Source of the DNA: Nitrospinaceae bacterium
Lineage (GTDB): Bacteria > Nitrospinota > Nitrospinia > Nitrospinales > Nitrospinaceae
NCBI GenBank assembly: GCA_965223665.1
Contig: OZ245011.1
Location: 2,944,001-3,008,000, forward strand
Reading direction: 5' to 3'
DNA: 64,000 nucleotides
Positions 1-10,033 of this stretch are shown piece by piece (the stretch's first letter is position 1; each line of letters starts with the position of its first letter). Below the pieces are notes generated by a model that was not told the DNA's origin, searched no databases, and saw nothing but the letters and a program-made list of their open reading frames with translations. The translations under genes and the position numbers were made by a program.

Positions 1-1
1 T

Positions 2-451
2 TCTCCTATTGCAAAACAAGTGGCAGAGGAAGTAGGAATTCAAAAGCAATGCAAAAACCCATTTAAAAGTATTGTTATCCGGAGCATAGAAGTTTTATAT
101 GCTTTTGATGAAGCGCTTAGAATTATCGACTCTTATGTTATGCCGGAAAAACCTTATATTGAAGCATTCCCAAAAGCGGGAATCGGCCATTCATGTACCG
201 AAGCTCCTAGGGGAGCTTTATACCACCGTTATAAAATCGATGATGACGGAAAAGTAAAAGAAGCCAAAATTGTTCCTCCCACTTCCCAAAATCAAAAAAC
301 GATCGAAAATGATTTATGGCAATTTGTTGAGAAGTATATTCAATTACCAAAGGACAAATTGACATGGCAATGTGAACAAGCGATTCGTAATTACGATCCC
401 TGCATCAGTTGCTCCACTCATTTTTTAAAACTGGAAATTGAAAGAACTTAA
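2..451 (+). CDS. [NiFe]-hydrogenase large subunit, C-terminal part (group 3b / sulfhydrogenase-like); 5' end outside window
   Basis: Frame is open from base 2. Contains EAPRGALYH, IVPPTSQN and the C-terminal Ni-binding L2 motif RNYDPCISCSTH followed by a short cleavable tail; a maturation protease follows. Confidence 0.92.
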   Translation, partial: SPIAKQVAEEVGIQKQCKNPFKSIVIRSIEVLYAFDEALRIIDSYVMPEKPYIEAFPKAGIGHSCTEAPRGALYHRYKIDDDGKVKEAKIVPPTSQNQKTIENDLWQFVEKYIQLPKDKLTWQCEQAIRNYDPCISCSTHFLKLEIERT

Positions 452-466
452 AATATAAAGTCAAAA

Positions 467-937
467 TTGGCTGTGAACCCAGATAAAAATCCATCCACAA
501 TAGTCATAGGAGTTGGCAATTTGTTCAGAAGTGATGATTCCGTTGGAATCCTTGTGGTCCGAGAATTGAAGAAGTATCAAAAGGATAATCTAACAATCAT
601 GGAACATAGCGGTGAAGGAATTTCTTTAATGGATATTTTCAAGAATGAAAAACAGATTATTTTAGTAGACGCTGTTTCTTCCAAAGAAAAACCCGGAACC
701 ATTCATTTGATTGATCCTCATAAACAAGTTTTACCTAAAAAAATGTTCTCCTGCTCGACTCATAACTTTGGTGTTGCAGAAGCTGTGGAAATGTCCCGGT
801 CTTTAAACCAACTGCCGGAGCAATTATTGATTTTTGGAATCGAAGGAAAAAATTTCCATCCCGGAGAAGACCTGTCCCCGGAAGTAGAACATGCAAAAAA
901 AAAGGTCATTCAGGAAATCGTAAAAAAGACTGGTTAG
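467..937 (+). CDS. Hydrogenase maturation protease (HyaD/HycI family)
   Basis: IGVGNLFRSDDSVG, ILVDAV and STHNFG motifs; directly downstream of the large subunit. Confidence 0.92.
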   Translation: MAVNPDKNPSTIVIGVGNLFRSDDSVGILVVRELKKYQKDNLTIMEHSGEGISLMDIFKNEKQIILVDAVSSKEKPGTIHLIDPHKQVLPKKMFSCSTHNFGVAEAVEMSRSLNQLPEQLLIFGIEGKNFHPGEDLSPEVEHAKKKVIQEIVKKTG

Positions 938-1006
938 TCCAAAATAATTGATTCGTTAAGTATTTTCCCACCTTTTAAAAATAAGAACCTTTGTAAACTT
1001 TAATTT

Positions 1007-1097
1007 TGCCGTATTTTTACTACAAGAATTACTAAGAAAATGCGGCTTTATTTTGGCAATTCCCACGATATTTATTCTTCCCGGTAATTCATATAAT
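1007..1097 (+). promoter_or_regulatory. Putative activator-dependent promoter: palindromic box, two further boxes and a -10 element
   Basis: TGCCGTATTTTTACTACA (1007-1024), TGCGGC (1041-1046), CAATTCCCACGAT (1057-1069) and TATAAT (1092-1097). The same architecture recurs at 30937-31026. Confidence 0.6.
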
Positions 1098-1183
1098 CAA
1101 TTCGGAAATTGAGATTTCCAAATTAAAAAATTATTTATTCAATTCTTTAAATAGGTTGTTATTTTCAAACCAAGGAGGAAATT

Positions 1184-1579
1184 ATGGCGAAGAGCAAAAT
1201 TATGATCGTTGATGATGAGCAGGATATTCGTGAAGTAATAAAACTTCATTTGGGAGAGGACACATTCCAAATTTTAGAAGCCGGGGATGGTGGGGAGGCC
1301 ATACGGATACTTAAGAGCGAAGACAATTTAGTAAGTGTGGGCTTGATTCTATGTGACATTCGTATGCCTAATGTCGATGGGGTGGAGTGTATAGATTACC
1401 TCAAACAAAATGCTCCGGGGATTCCCATTGTGGTTATAACCGCTTTTCCTGATCCTGAACTTGCAGCTTCTTTGATTAAGCGGGGAATAAAAGATTATTT
1501 AGTAAAACCGCTTGAAAAAGAAAAATTAAGAAAAACGGTCGATACTATTTTGGCCGCAGGGAAAGATTTTGATTATTAA
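1184..1579 (+). CDS. Single-domain response regulator (receiver)
   Basis: IMIVDDE, LCDIRMPNVDG (phosphoacceptor Asp), ITA and YLVKP motifs; strong RBS AAGGAGG. Confidence 0.92.
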   Translation: MAKSKIMIVDDEQDIREVIKLHLGEDTFQILEAGDGGEAIRILKSEDNLVSVGLILCDIRMPNVDGVECIDYLKQNAPGIPIVVITAFPDPELAASLIKRGIKDYLVKPLEKEKLRKTVDTILAAGKDFDY

Positions 1580-1695
1580 CATTGAAGAACTGACCTGTTA
1601 TTCCTCTTCCTCTCCTCTAACACTACCTTATTTCGAATGAGGGATAGCAGGTCCTCTTAGATTTTTGAACGAATTTTATTTGAGGGATTTATCCA

Positions 1696-2985
1696 ATGGA
1701 TACTTGTCTAAATGAAAGTCAGAACAATAAAGAAAATATCTCTAAGGAAGAAGAGATTCGGCAAAGGACAGATGAATATAAAGTTCTACATCAAGTTGCG
1801 AAAATTCTCCACAATTCCAAAGATACGAAGGAAATGTTAGAGGGTGCATTGACGGCTCTAACTCGCTTTGAGGAATTGGAAGTAGAAAACAAGGCCGGTA
1901 TTTTTTTGGCGGATGAAGAAAATAAAAAATTAAAACTCTTTAGCACAATTGGGGATTTTTCTGAAGAGTTTTTGACCAAGGAGAAGGAAATACCTTATGG
2001 AAATTGTTTGTGTGGCCGAGCGGCGGTATCTAAAGAGATGATTGTTAGCAACAATTGTTTTTCTGATAAACGACATGACAATGTTTTCGAAGATATGACC
2101 GCCCATGGACACTATATTGTGCCTTTATTAAGTCAAGGAACTTTAGTTGGTGTTCTTTTTCTTTACACAGATGAAAATCCCCCCTGGTATGTACGAAGTA
2201 AAGAGATTTTGCTTTCAATTGGAGGTCTCATAGCCGATGCCATCGTTTCACGCCAAAGGGAGGAACAAATTTTCCATAAAAACCTACAGTTGGAAGAGCT
2301 TAATAATTTAAAAAATAAATTTTTAGGAATTGCCAGTCATGATTTAAGAAATCCTCTTTATTTGATTCGAACCTTTAGTGAGGTTATGAAAGAGGGTTCG
2401 GTGGGCCAGGTTAATACTAAACAAAAAGAGCTTCTTACAAAAATATTTAATTCTAGCAATTTTATGAAATCGCTTTTGGAAAATTTGTTAGACATTTCCA
2501 AAATTGAAAGTGGAAAAATTGATTTAAATAAAAAAGTCAATGATTTTAATTCCATAGTTAAACAACAAGTGGAAATTATGGAACTGACCGCTAAAAATAA
2601 AAATATTTCCATAGAACTTTGTTTAGGCAAGGTTCCTTCTTTTGCCTTTGATGAAAACGCTGTTGTTCAGGCAGTCGCAAATTTTTTGAGTAACGCAATA
2701 AAGTTTTCTCCCAACGACACAAAGGTTATCGTTCAAACCTCAAAAGAAAATGATGCCATTCGTTTTTCAGTGAAAGATGAAGGACCCGGATTGAAAGATG
2801 AAGACCAAAGGTTATTGTTTAAAGAATTTCAAACTTTAAGCAGTAAACCAACAGGAGGAGAGAAATCCACGGGACTGGGGTTAGCGATTGTGAAAAAACT
2901 GATTCATTTACACGAAGGTCAAGTGGGAGTATTCAGTCAATTTGGAAAAGGCAGTACCTTTTATTTTACTTTGCCTACAGATTAA
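1696..2985 (+). CDS. GAF-domain sensor histidine kinase (HisKA class)
   Basis: N-terminal GAF with CLCG...C...HGHY; H-box ASHDLRNPL, N-box NFLSNAIKFS, DEGPG and STGLGL. Confidence 0.92.
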   Translation: MDTCLNESQNNKENISKEEEIRQRTDEYKVLHQVAKILHNSKDTKEMLEGALTALTRFEELEVENKAGIFLADEENKKLKLFSTIGDFSEEFLTKEKEIPYGNCLCGRAAVSKEMIVSNNCFSDKRHDNVFEDMTAHGHYIVPLLSQGTLVGVLFLYTDENPPWYVRSKEILLSIGGLIADAIVSRQREEQIFHKNLQLEELNNLKNKFLGIASHDLRNPLYLIRTFSEVMKEGSVGQVNTKQKELLTKIFNSSNFMKSLLENLLDISKIESGKIDLNKKVNDFNSIVKQQVEIMELTAKNKNISIELCLGKVPSFAFDENAVVQAVANFLSNAIKFSPNDTKVIVQTSKENDAIRFSVKDEGPGLKDEDQRLLFKEFQTLSSKPTGGEKSTGLGLAIVKKLIHLHEGQVGVFSQFGKGSTFYFTLPTD

Positions 2986-3001
2986 AAGGAAAGGGTTGGG
3001 T

Positions 3002-4117
3002 TTGGAAAACTTATTTTGTGCAATTTTATCAAAGATTCCCCATTGCATTGTGGTGGTTGATTCTGATCTGAAAATTCATTTTGCCAACCCGGCTTTTGGG
3101 ATTTTGATGGAGAGGCGTGTGGAAGATTTTATTGGTCACTGTTTTAAAGAAATGATGACAGGTTTAGGTGAACCGGGCAATTTGATGCTAAACGAATTTA
3201 GTAAGTGTTTTAAAAATGCCATGGATACAACCGATGCAAAATCAAGAAGAGAAAAACTTTTGACCTATGAAGCTCGAGATCCTTTATTCCCGATGAATGG
3301 AAATTCCAAACAACAATTTTCGAAGACCATAACATTGAAGGGTAGAGTTTTTTCTTATTGGTTGTTTGATCCCAGTGTCGATGGAAACAACTTAAGGGGA
3401 ATGGTTCTAATTGACTTGACTGAGACGAAGGAATTCCTGGAGCGCATGTCAGAAACTGAGAACATGGCATCTTTAAAAATTCTTGCAGCGGGGATTGCGC
3501 ATGAAATGAATAATCCACTTTATTCACTAACTGGATTTTCAGAAATTATTTTAAAAGAAAATGATATTAGAAAGATTAAGATTTATGCCTCAAAGATAAA
3601 AAATAATTGTGACCGGCTGTCGCAAGCTATTTCCAAATTCACGAGTTATGTTCATGATAAAAAAAGTGGGGTTGTTGAAGAAACCAATATTGTCAATCAA
3701 ATCGAAGCGGCCATTGATTTTGCTTCTCTTCCTTACAGAGATAAGAAAATCGAATTTGAAAAAGATTTTTCATATAAACCTTTTCTTCGTGGAGACCCCG
3801 AAGAAATCAGGCAGATATTTATTAATATTATTAATAATTCAGTACAGGCTATTGACCCTGGTGGAAAAATTAAAATTACCATAAAAAAAATAGAAGAACG
3901 TTTTCGGGTGAGTATTGAGGACAATGGTCCCGGAATTTCACCGGAAAACTTACAAAGAATATTTAATCCATTTTTTACTACTAAAAAACAAGGTGAGGGG
4001 ACCGGTTTGGGTTTGAGCATTGCTCAAAGATTAATCGAAAAATATAAAGGAAACATAGAGGTGAAATCCCAGGAAGGAGTAGGGACTACGGTGAATTTAA
4101 TGTTTTCTAATCAATAA
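3002..4117 (+). CDS. PAS-domain sensor histidine kinase (NtrB-like)
   Basis: PAS-like start (IVVVDSDLKIHFANPAF), AHEMNNPL H-box, DNGPGI, FNPFFTTK and GTGLGL. The start is probably TTG at 2996 or 3002 rather than 2942. Confidence 0.85.
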   Translation: MENLFCAILSKIPHCIVVVDSDLKIHFANPAFGILMERRVEDFIGHCFKEMMTGLGEPGNLMLNEFSKCFKNAMDTTDAKSRREKLLTYEARDPLFPMNGNSKQQFSKTITLKGRVFSYWLFDPSVDGNNLRGMVLIDLTETKEFLERMSETENMASLKILAAGIAHEMNNPLYSLTGFSEIILKENDIRKIKIYASKIKNNCDRLSQAISKFTSYVHDKKSGVVEETNIVNQIEAAIDFASLPYRDKKIEFEKDFSYKPFLRGDPEEIRQIFINIINNSVQAIDPGGKIKITIKKIEERFRVSIEDNGPGISPENLQRIFNPFFTTKKQGEGTGLGLSIAQRLIEKYKGNIEVKSQEGVGTTVNLMFSNQ

Positions 4118-4227
4118 AATAAGAAAAATAAAACAGTAAGGCATTCTCGATTTCAATTTGCTGAACCTAGTAAGTCTCTTGTGCAGCCTTGCTCTTGATT
4201 TTGAAGGCTTTATTAAATTAAGGAGGC

Positions 4228-4806
4228 GTGATTATGTTTTTTAAATCCATTAAAAAAATTATAGGTATCACCATTTTTGTTTTATTTATTCCATTCGTTT
4301 CTATGGTTCAAGCAGAGGAAGTTGTGGCTTCGGCAGAAATTTTAGGCTGTACCGACAAAAGTATTACCGGAAAGGGTATGTTGGTAGAGCGTGAGTCTGA
4401 TGAAGGAATAAAACAAGTCGATGTGGCGTTATTTATCCGAGGATTGAAAGATGGAAAGCATGCAGTTCATGTGCATGAAACCGGAATGTGTACTCCTTGT
4501 AAAGCAGCAAAAGGGCACCATGATCCTGGTCCTAACAGTAATTCCAAACCCGATGCTCCAAATTTTAACCATCCTTTTCACATGGGAGACTTGGTAAATA
4601 TAGACGTAAAGGGTGGAATCGGTTTTATGCAAACTACGACTAATCGGTTTACCCTTTCAGATGGAAGGCTGAGTATCTTTGATAAGGATGGTGCATCCTT
4701 TATTATTCATTCTATGGAAGATAAATATTGTGACCATGAAGACGAGTTAAAAAAAGGGTGTGCCGGTGGAGCTAGAGATGCTTGCGGAATTATCAAGCGT
4801 CACTAA
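4228..4806 (+). CDS. sodC: Periplasmic Cu/Zn superoxide dismutase
   Basis: Signal peptide; HAVHVHE, GHHDP, HMGDL, FIIH and GARDACG metal-ligand and disulfide motifs. Confidence 0.88.
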   Translation: MIMFFKSIKKIIGITIFVLFIPFVSMVQAEEVVASAEILGCTDKSITGKGMLVERESDEGIKQVDVALFIRGLKDGKHAVHVHETGMCTPCKAAKGHHDPGPNSNSKPDAPNFNHPFHMGDLVNIDVKGGIGFMQTTTNRFTLSDGRLSIFDKDGASFIIHSMEDKYCDHEDELKKGCAGGARDACGIIKRH

Positions 4807-4830
4807 AAATTTTGTTGATTGGCTCAAAAA

Positions 4831-4866
4831 GGAGCCGATTTGAAAATATCAATCGGTTCCTTTTTA
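4831..4866 (+). terminator. Intrinsic terminator after sodC
   Basis: GGAGCCGATT...AATCGGTTCC stem followed by TTTTTT. Confidence 0.7.
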
Positions 4867-4918
4867 ATAAAATGGGTATTAAAAATAAGTTAATCATTAG
4901 TTTTGGAAAGCGTTACAT

Positions 4919-6346
4919 ATGAAAATACCTATAGATATAAAAACCAATCCAAATTTTATTTATCTATTGACGATTTTCCTTTTTCTCTTTCATTCAACTC
5001 CAATTTTTGCAGCAGATTTTCAAATTGGTAAACAATTGATAAAAGACAAGTGTTCCTCTTGTCATCGATTTATGGGAAATTCTCATTCTCGATTTAAGCT
5101 TAAAGCTCCTGATCTCATGTGGGGAGGCAGTAAGTTTCAAAGAGATTGGTTGGTGAGCTATCTTTTGGGGAAGAAACCTCCTGTTTATCAAAAGGGTTAT
5201 CGGTGGGATTTAGTCCGAAAACCTGTCCAACATATGATTTTGACCAAAAAAGAAGCTGAAGCTATTGCAGATTATTTTTTTGAAGAATTAAAAGATTCCA
5301 GGGTTAAAAAAAATTCTCTTAACCTTGCGTTTTTTACTGAAATGGAAGCCGCATTAGGAAAAAAGATTTTCGAAAACCATTCTTGTATTGCTTGTCACCA
5401 AATTCAGGAAGATGGGAAATCAATAGGAGGTTCGCAAAGTACTTCGTTACATGATGCGGGAAAACGACTTAATGTGGATTGGGTTTACCGCTTTAACTCA
5501 GATCCCCCGGACTTTGTTCCGCATAGCGGTGAGTTTGTTGCGGATGTTAGTGAGTTAGGACTTCGCTACGTTACCGGATTTATTATGACCTTGGGAGTGA
5601 AAGATTTTAAATTTTATGAACCCTGGAAAGATAAAATTTTTAAAAATGCCAGCGTAAAACGCGGTGAAAATTTTTATAAAGAATATTGTGCACAATGCCA
5701 TGGATTAACCGGAAACGGAGATGGCCCAGCCGCAAAAGATCTCAATCCAAAACCTGCAATTCATTCCCAAATGGCGATTGATAAAGAGCCGATCGATTAT
5801 TTGTTCAATGTAATTTATTACGGGGGGAAGAATGTTGGCAAGTCTTCACTTATGCCTTATTGGGGTCTGACCCTTAAACCCCAAGGAGTTGCGGACGTAA
5901 TGGCTTATATGAGAAAAGAATTCCGTGGAGACACGACAAAAAATAAAGTTTCAATGGAGGGAGTAGCCGTAACTAAATTAGGAACTTGCCCTCAGGTTCG
6001 AAATACGGTGCAAGCCCCAAGTAATATTCATGACATGAAGAATCCTTTGAAACAAACTGCAAAAAACCTTAAAAAAGGAAAGGTTTTATTTCAAAGCAGA
6101 GCAAAACCCTTGGCTTGTAAACATTGCCATGGTATGCAGGGTGATGGAAAGGGCTATAAGGCCCTTAATATGGTTCCTCCGCCTAGAAATTTTACTTGTG
6201 CAGAAACAATGAAAAAAATTACAGATGGTCAAATGTATTGGATAATAAAAAACGGATCTAAGGGTACAGAAATGCAAGCTTATGACAAACTGAAGGAAAA
6301 TCAAATTTGGCAATTGATCATTTATTTAAGGCAGTTTGCTGGATAA
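4919..6346 (+). CDS. Periplasmic multi-domain c-type cytochrome (4 CxxCH motifs)
   Basis: Signal peptide; heme motifs CSSCH, CIACH, CAQCH and CKHCH. Confidence 0.9.
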   Translation: MKIPIDIKTNPNFIYLLTIFLFLFHSTPIFAADFQIGKQLIKDKCSSCHRFMGNSHSRFKLKAPDLMWGGSKFQRDWLVSYLLGKKPPVYQKGYRWDLVRKPVQHMILTKKEAEAIADYFFEELKDSRVKKNSLNLAFFTEMEAALGKKIFENHSCIACHQIQEDGKSIGGSQSTSLHDAGKRLNVDWVYRFNSDPPDFVPHSGEFVADVSELGLRYVTGFIMTLGVKDFKFYEPWKDKIFKNASVKRGENFYKEYCAQCHGLTGNGDGPAAKDLNPKPAIHSQMAIDKEPIDYLFNVIYYGGKNVGKSSLMPYWGLTLKPQGVADVMAYMRKEFRGDTTKNKVSMEGVAVTKLGTCPQVRNTVQAPSNIHDMKNPLKQTAKNLKKGKVLFQSRAKPLACKHCHGMQGDGKGYKALNMVPPPRNFTCAETMKKITDGQMYWIIKNGSKGTEMQAYDKLKENQIWQLIIYLRQFAG

Positions 6347-6361
6347 AAAATAATACGAAAC

Positions 6362-8053
6362 ATGTTTGAGATAATGGATAAGAAAAAAATAGTAATTGTG
6401 GGTGGTGTGGCCGGAGGTGCTACGGCAGCGGCACATGCACGACGAATTTCTGAAGAAGCAGAGATTATAATTTTTGAACGGGGTGAACATGTTTCTTTCG
6501 ACAATTGTGGACTACCTTATTTTCTTGGTGGAGAAATACCTGAAAAAGAAAGTTTGTTAGTACAAACTCCCATAGGGCTAAAAGAAAGGTTTAATCTGGA
6601 TGTCAGGATTAAATCTGAGGTTGTTCAAGTTGAACCTACCCATAAAAAAATAAAAATTCGTGATTTAAAAAACGAAAAGGATTATTGGGAAATTTATGAT
6701 GACCTGATTCTATCCACAGGTGCTTATCCGTTAAAACCCCCCATTCCGGGGATTGACCGCCCCGGTCATTTTACTGTGCGGAACATTCCGGATGTTGACC
6801 AGATCAACCAGTGGATTTCTAAGAACCAAATAAATCGAGTTGCAATCATTGGCGGAGGATTTATTGGGTTGGAATTGGCGGAGCAGTTTTATCGAAGGGG
6901 TTTTAATATCAGCTTAATTGAAGCATCGCCTCAGGTCATGCCGCCCTTAGACCAAGATATGGCAGCGTGGCTTCATAAAGAAATAGGTAGAAACGAAATA
7001 AATCTTTATTTAAGTGATGCTGTGGTGGAATTTAAATCTCCCAACAGTCCTGAAGAATGTTCAGCATCAATTGTAAGGCTTAAAAGTGGAGTGCAAATTG
7101 CGGCTGATTTAGTGATTCTTGGATTAGGAGTTCGACCGGAATCAGGATTAGCAAAAATGGCAGGTTTAAAAATAGGGGAAAAGGGGGGAATTCGAGTAGA
7201 TAATAAATTACAAACCAGCGAAAAAAATATTTGGGCCATTGGCGATGCTATTGAAGTACGTGACCTTGTAACAAATGAATGGACTTTAATTCCCCTTGCA
7301 GGTCCTGCCAACCGTCAAGGGAGAATAGTTGCAGAAAATATTTTTGGTGGATCCCTTAATTACCCTGGAACTCTGGGAACAGCAATATTGCGGTTTTTTG
7401 ATCTTACAGTGGCTTGTACAGGGGCTAATGAAAAAACTCTTAGTAAGTTAAAGATCCCTTTTAAAGTGGTTCATTTGCATCCTCACTCCAATGCTAATTA
7501 TTATCCAGGGGGGCATCGTCTTGCTATGAAAGTGATTTTTAAACCCGAAAATGGCAAACTTTTGGGTGCCCAAATTGTTGGAAAAGAAGGTGTGGATAAA
7601 AGGATAGATGTTTTGGCCACTGCTCTAAAAGCAAACTTGTCCGTTCATGACCTTGAGGACTTGGAATTGGCTTATGCACCCCCCTTTGGTTCTGCCAAAG
7701 ATCCTGTGAACCTTGCAGGGATGGTGGCACAACATTCCGTTCATCAAGATATTAAAGTAGCGCAATGGTATGAAATTGAAAACTTAGATAAAGAAAAAAC
7801 TATATTGCTGGATGTAAGAGACGAGGAAGAAATAAAAGAAGGTGACATTCCGGGTGCATGCCATATACCGTTACCTCAGTTACGGGGACGTATGCAAGAG
7901 CTGCCTAAAGACCACGAAATAATTGTTTATTGTCAAACCGGACAGCGCTCTTACTTTGCTTGCAGATTGTTAAAACAAAATGGATTTCAGGTGCGTAATC
8001 TTTCCGGGGCTTATCGGACCTGGAAAGTAGCTACTAGTGGTAAAAATAGTTAA
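6362..8053 (+). CDS. CoA-disulfide reductase / NAD(P)H-dependent persulfide reductase with C-terminal rhodanese domain
   Basis: GGVAGG FAD motif, SFDNCGLPY redox Cys, GGGFIG NAD motif, YAPPF and rhodanese LLDVR...YCQTGQR. Confidence 0.9.
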   Translation: MFEIMDKKKIVIVGGVAGGATAAAHARRISEEAEIIIFERGEHVSFDNCGLPYFLGGEIPEKESLLVQTPIGLKERFNLDVRIKSEVVQVEPTHKKIKIRDLKNEKDYWEIYDDLILSTGAYPLKPPIPGIDRPGHFTVRNIPDVDQINQWISKNQINRVAIIGGGFIGLELAEQFYRRGFNISLIEASPQVMPPLDQDMAAWLHKEIGRNEINLYLSDAVVEFKSPNSPEECSASIVRLKSGVQIAADLVILGLGVRPESGLAKMAGLKIGEKGGIRVDNKLQTSEKNIWAIGDAIEVRDLVTNEWTLIPLAGPANRQGRIVAENIFGGSLNYPGTLGTAILRFFDLTVACTGANEKTLSKLKIPFKVVHLHPHSNANYYPGGHRLAMKVIFKPENGKLLGAQIVGKEGVDKRIDVLATALKANLSVHDLEDLELAYAPPFGSAKDPVNLAGMVAQHSVHQDIKVAQWYEIENLDKEKTILLDVRDEEEIKEGDIPGACHIPLPQLRGRMQELPKDHEIIVYCQTGQRSYFACRLLKQNGFQVRNLSGAYRTWKVATSGKNS

Positions 8054-8067
8054 ATAAGTTTTTAAGA

Positions 8068-9534
8068 TTAACGCTTTTTGAGAAAAGATCCTAACAGTCC
8101 GCGAACTAATTGTCTTCCTACTACACGCCCTATGGTACGAATCATTGATTTGATACCTGCTTCTACAAATCCCTGCCGCTTTCTTCCAGGTGATTTTTTT
8201 GAAGATTCTAATTTTTCCTTTTGGTTGGCTTCTTCAGTTTTTTCTACTCTTTCCAAAAGAATTTCATATGCGGATTTTCTATCTACCAATTGATTATAAA
8301 CACCTTCGAAATCACTTTGGGCGATAATATATTTTCTTTCACCAGATGTTATGGGTCCCATCCTGGATGAAGGGGGGCGAATTAAAGTTCTTTCGACAAT
8401 AGTCGGTTTGCCTTTTAAATCTAAAGTGGAAACTAAGGCCTCTCCTATTCCTAATTGCGTAATTACATCAGCAGCCCGAAATTTAGAATTGGGACGAAAA
8501 GTATCTCCCACTGCACGCACAACTTTTTTGTCTTTGGGAGTAAACGCTCTTAAGGCATGTTGAATTCTATTTCCTAATTGACCTAAAATATCTTCCGGAA
8601 TATCCAAAGGACTTTGGGTTACAAAATAAACTCCAACTCCTTTGGAACGAATAAGTCGAACCACTTGCTCTACCTTATCCAATAGTGCCTTGGGTGCATC
8701 TTCAAATAAAAGATGGGCTTCATCGAAGAAAAAAACTAATTTGGGTCGATCCGGATCTCCCACTTCTGGAAGTTCTTCAAATAATTCAGATAATAACCAG
8801 AGTAAGAAAGTAGAATACAATTTTGGATTTTGCATGAGTTTATCCGCTGCCAATATATTTATCATTCCCTGGCCATCACCATCCGAACGAATAAAATCAT
8901 GGAGTTTTAAAGACGGTTCTCCAAAAAACTTTTTTCCACCCTGTTGTTCCAAAGTTAACAAGCGTCTTAAAATAGCCCCGACAGAAGCTTTGGTCACATA
9001 TCCATATTTTGTTGTAAAATCGGAAGCGTTATCCCCAACAAAATTGAGAAGAGCCCGCAAATCTTTTAAATCAAGAAGTAATAGCCCTTCTTCGTCAGCA
9101 ACTGAAAAGACAATACTCATTACCCCTTCTTGGGTTTCGTTAAGACCCAGCAACCGGGATAATAACACTGGGCCCATTTCGGAAACTGTAGTTCGAACAG
9201 GATGACCTTTTTTCCCAAACAGATCCCAAAATACAGTTGAAAAATTTCTAAAACTGTAATCAGCAAGTTGAATAGTTTTGGCACGCTCTAATAATTTTTC
9301 AGAGGGTTTCCCTGATTGGCTAATTCCTGCAAGGTCACCTTTGACATCGGCAAGGAACACTGGAACTCCCTCTTTGGAAAATGCTTCCGCCATGATTTGT
9401 AGCGTTACAGTTTTTCCGGTTCCTGTTGCCCCTGAAATTAAACCATGACGATTGGCATTCTTTAGCAGGAGTTGCTGCGGTTTATTTCCACTTCCTAAAA
9501 AAATGGATGTAGCTTTTTGATCCTTTTTACCCAT
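8068..9534 (-). CDS. HerA/FtsK-like ATPase, DUF853 (YjgR family)
   Basis: NRHGLISGATGTGKT Walker A, FFDEAHLLF Walker B, RSKGVGVYFVTQ and QHALRAFTP. Confidence 0.9.
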   Translation of the reverse strand: MGKKDQKATSIFLGSGNKPQQLLLKNANRHGLISGATGTGKTVTLQIMAEAFSKEGVPVFLADVKGDLAGISQSGKPSEKLLERAKTIQLADYSFRNFSTVFWDLFGKKGHPVRTTVSEMGPVLLSRLLGLNETQEGVMSIVFSVADEEGLLLLDLKDLRALLNFVGDNASDFTTKYGYVTKASVGAILRRLLTLEQQGGKKFFGEPSLKLHDFIRSDGDGQGMINILAADKLMQNPKLYSTFLLWLLSELFEELPEVGDPDRPKLVFFFDEAHLLFEDAPKALLDKVEQVVRLIRSKGVGVYFVTQSPLDIPEDILGQLGNRIQHALRAFTPKDKKVVRAVGDTFRPNSKFRAADVITQLGIGEALVSTLDLKGKPTIVERTLIRPPSSRMGPITSGERKYIIAQSDFEGVYNQLVDRKSAYEILLERVEKTEEANQKEKLESSKKSPGRKRQGFVEAGIKSMIRTIGRVVGRQLVRGLLGSFLKKR

Positions 9535-10033
9535 GTATCCTCTCTTAACTCAGCCTTAACCATAGAAGATTGTAATAAGTTTTTTCTCTGGAAAATCTGA
9601 GGGCCAATTATCGCATAAAAAGGAATAATCCTGAGAGATAATTCCCTATTTTTCTAATACTTTGAAATTAATAGGATTTACCAATGGATTATTTTCTATC
9701 GCTTAAGTTCCTAAATCCTAAAAGTAAGATCTTTTAAAAAAAACCATTTTCAGATTCAAATAAAAATTATACCTTTGGGAAAAATTAGGTATTTAAAATA
9801 TTTTTTATGGCACTAATTTTTATAACCCATTGATTTTTATATTTAATCTTCTATAAGATTGACTGTAATGTTGCATCCCCTAATTAAACAGCAAGATCAT
9901 TTTTAACAAAATTGTAACAAAAACTTCTTTTAATTTTTGTTTAAATGGGTTTATCTGGATTTATAGATACTTTCTCACCGGTATTTTTAATTTTGGTTGT
10001 TTTTCTTTAATAAAAACAAAAAAGATAATATTT

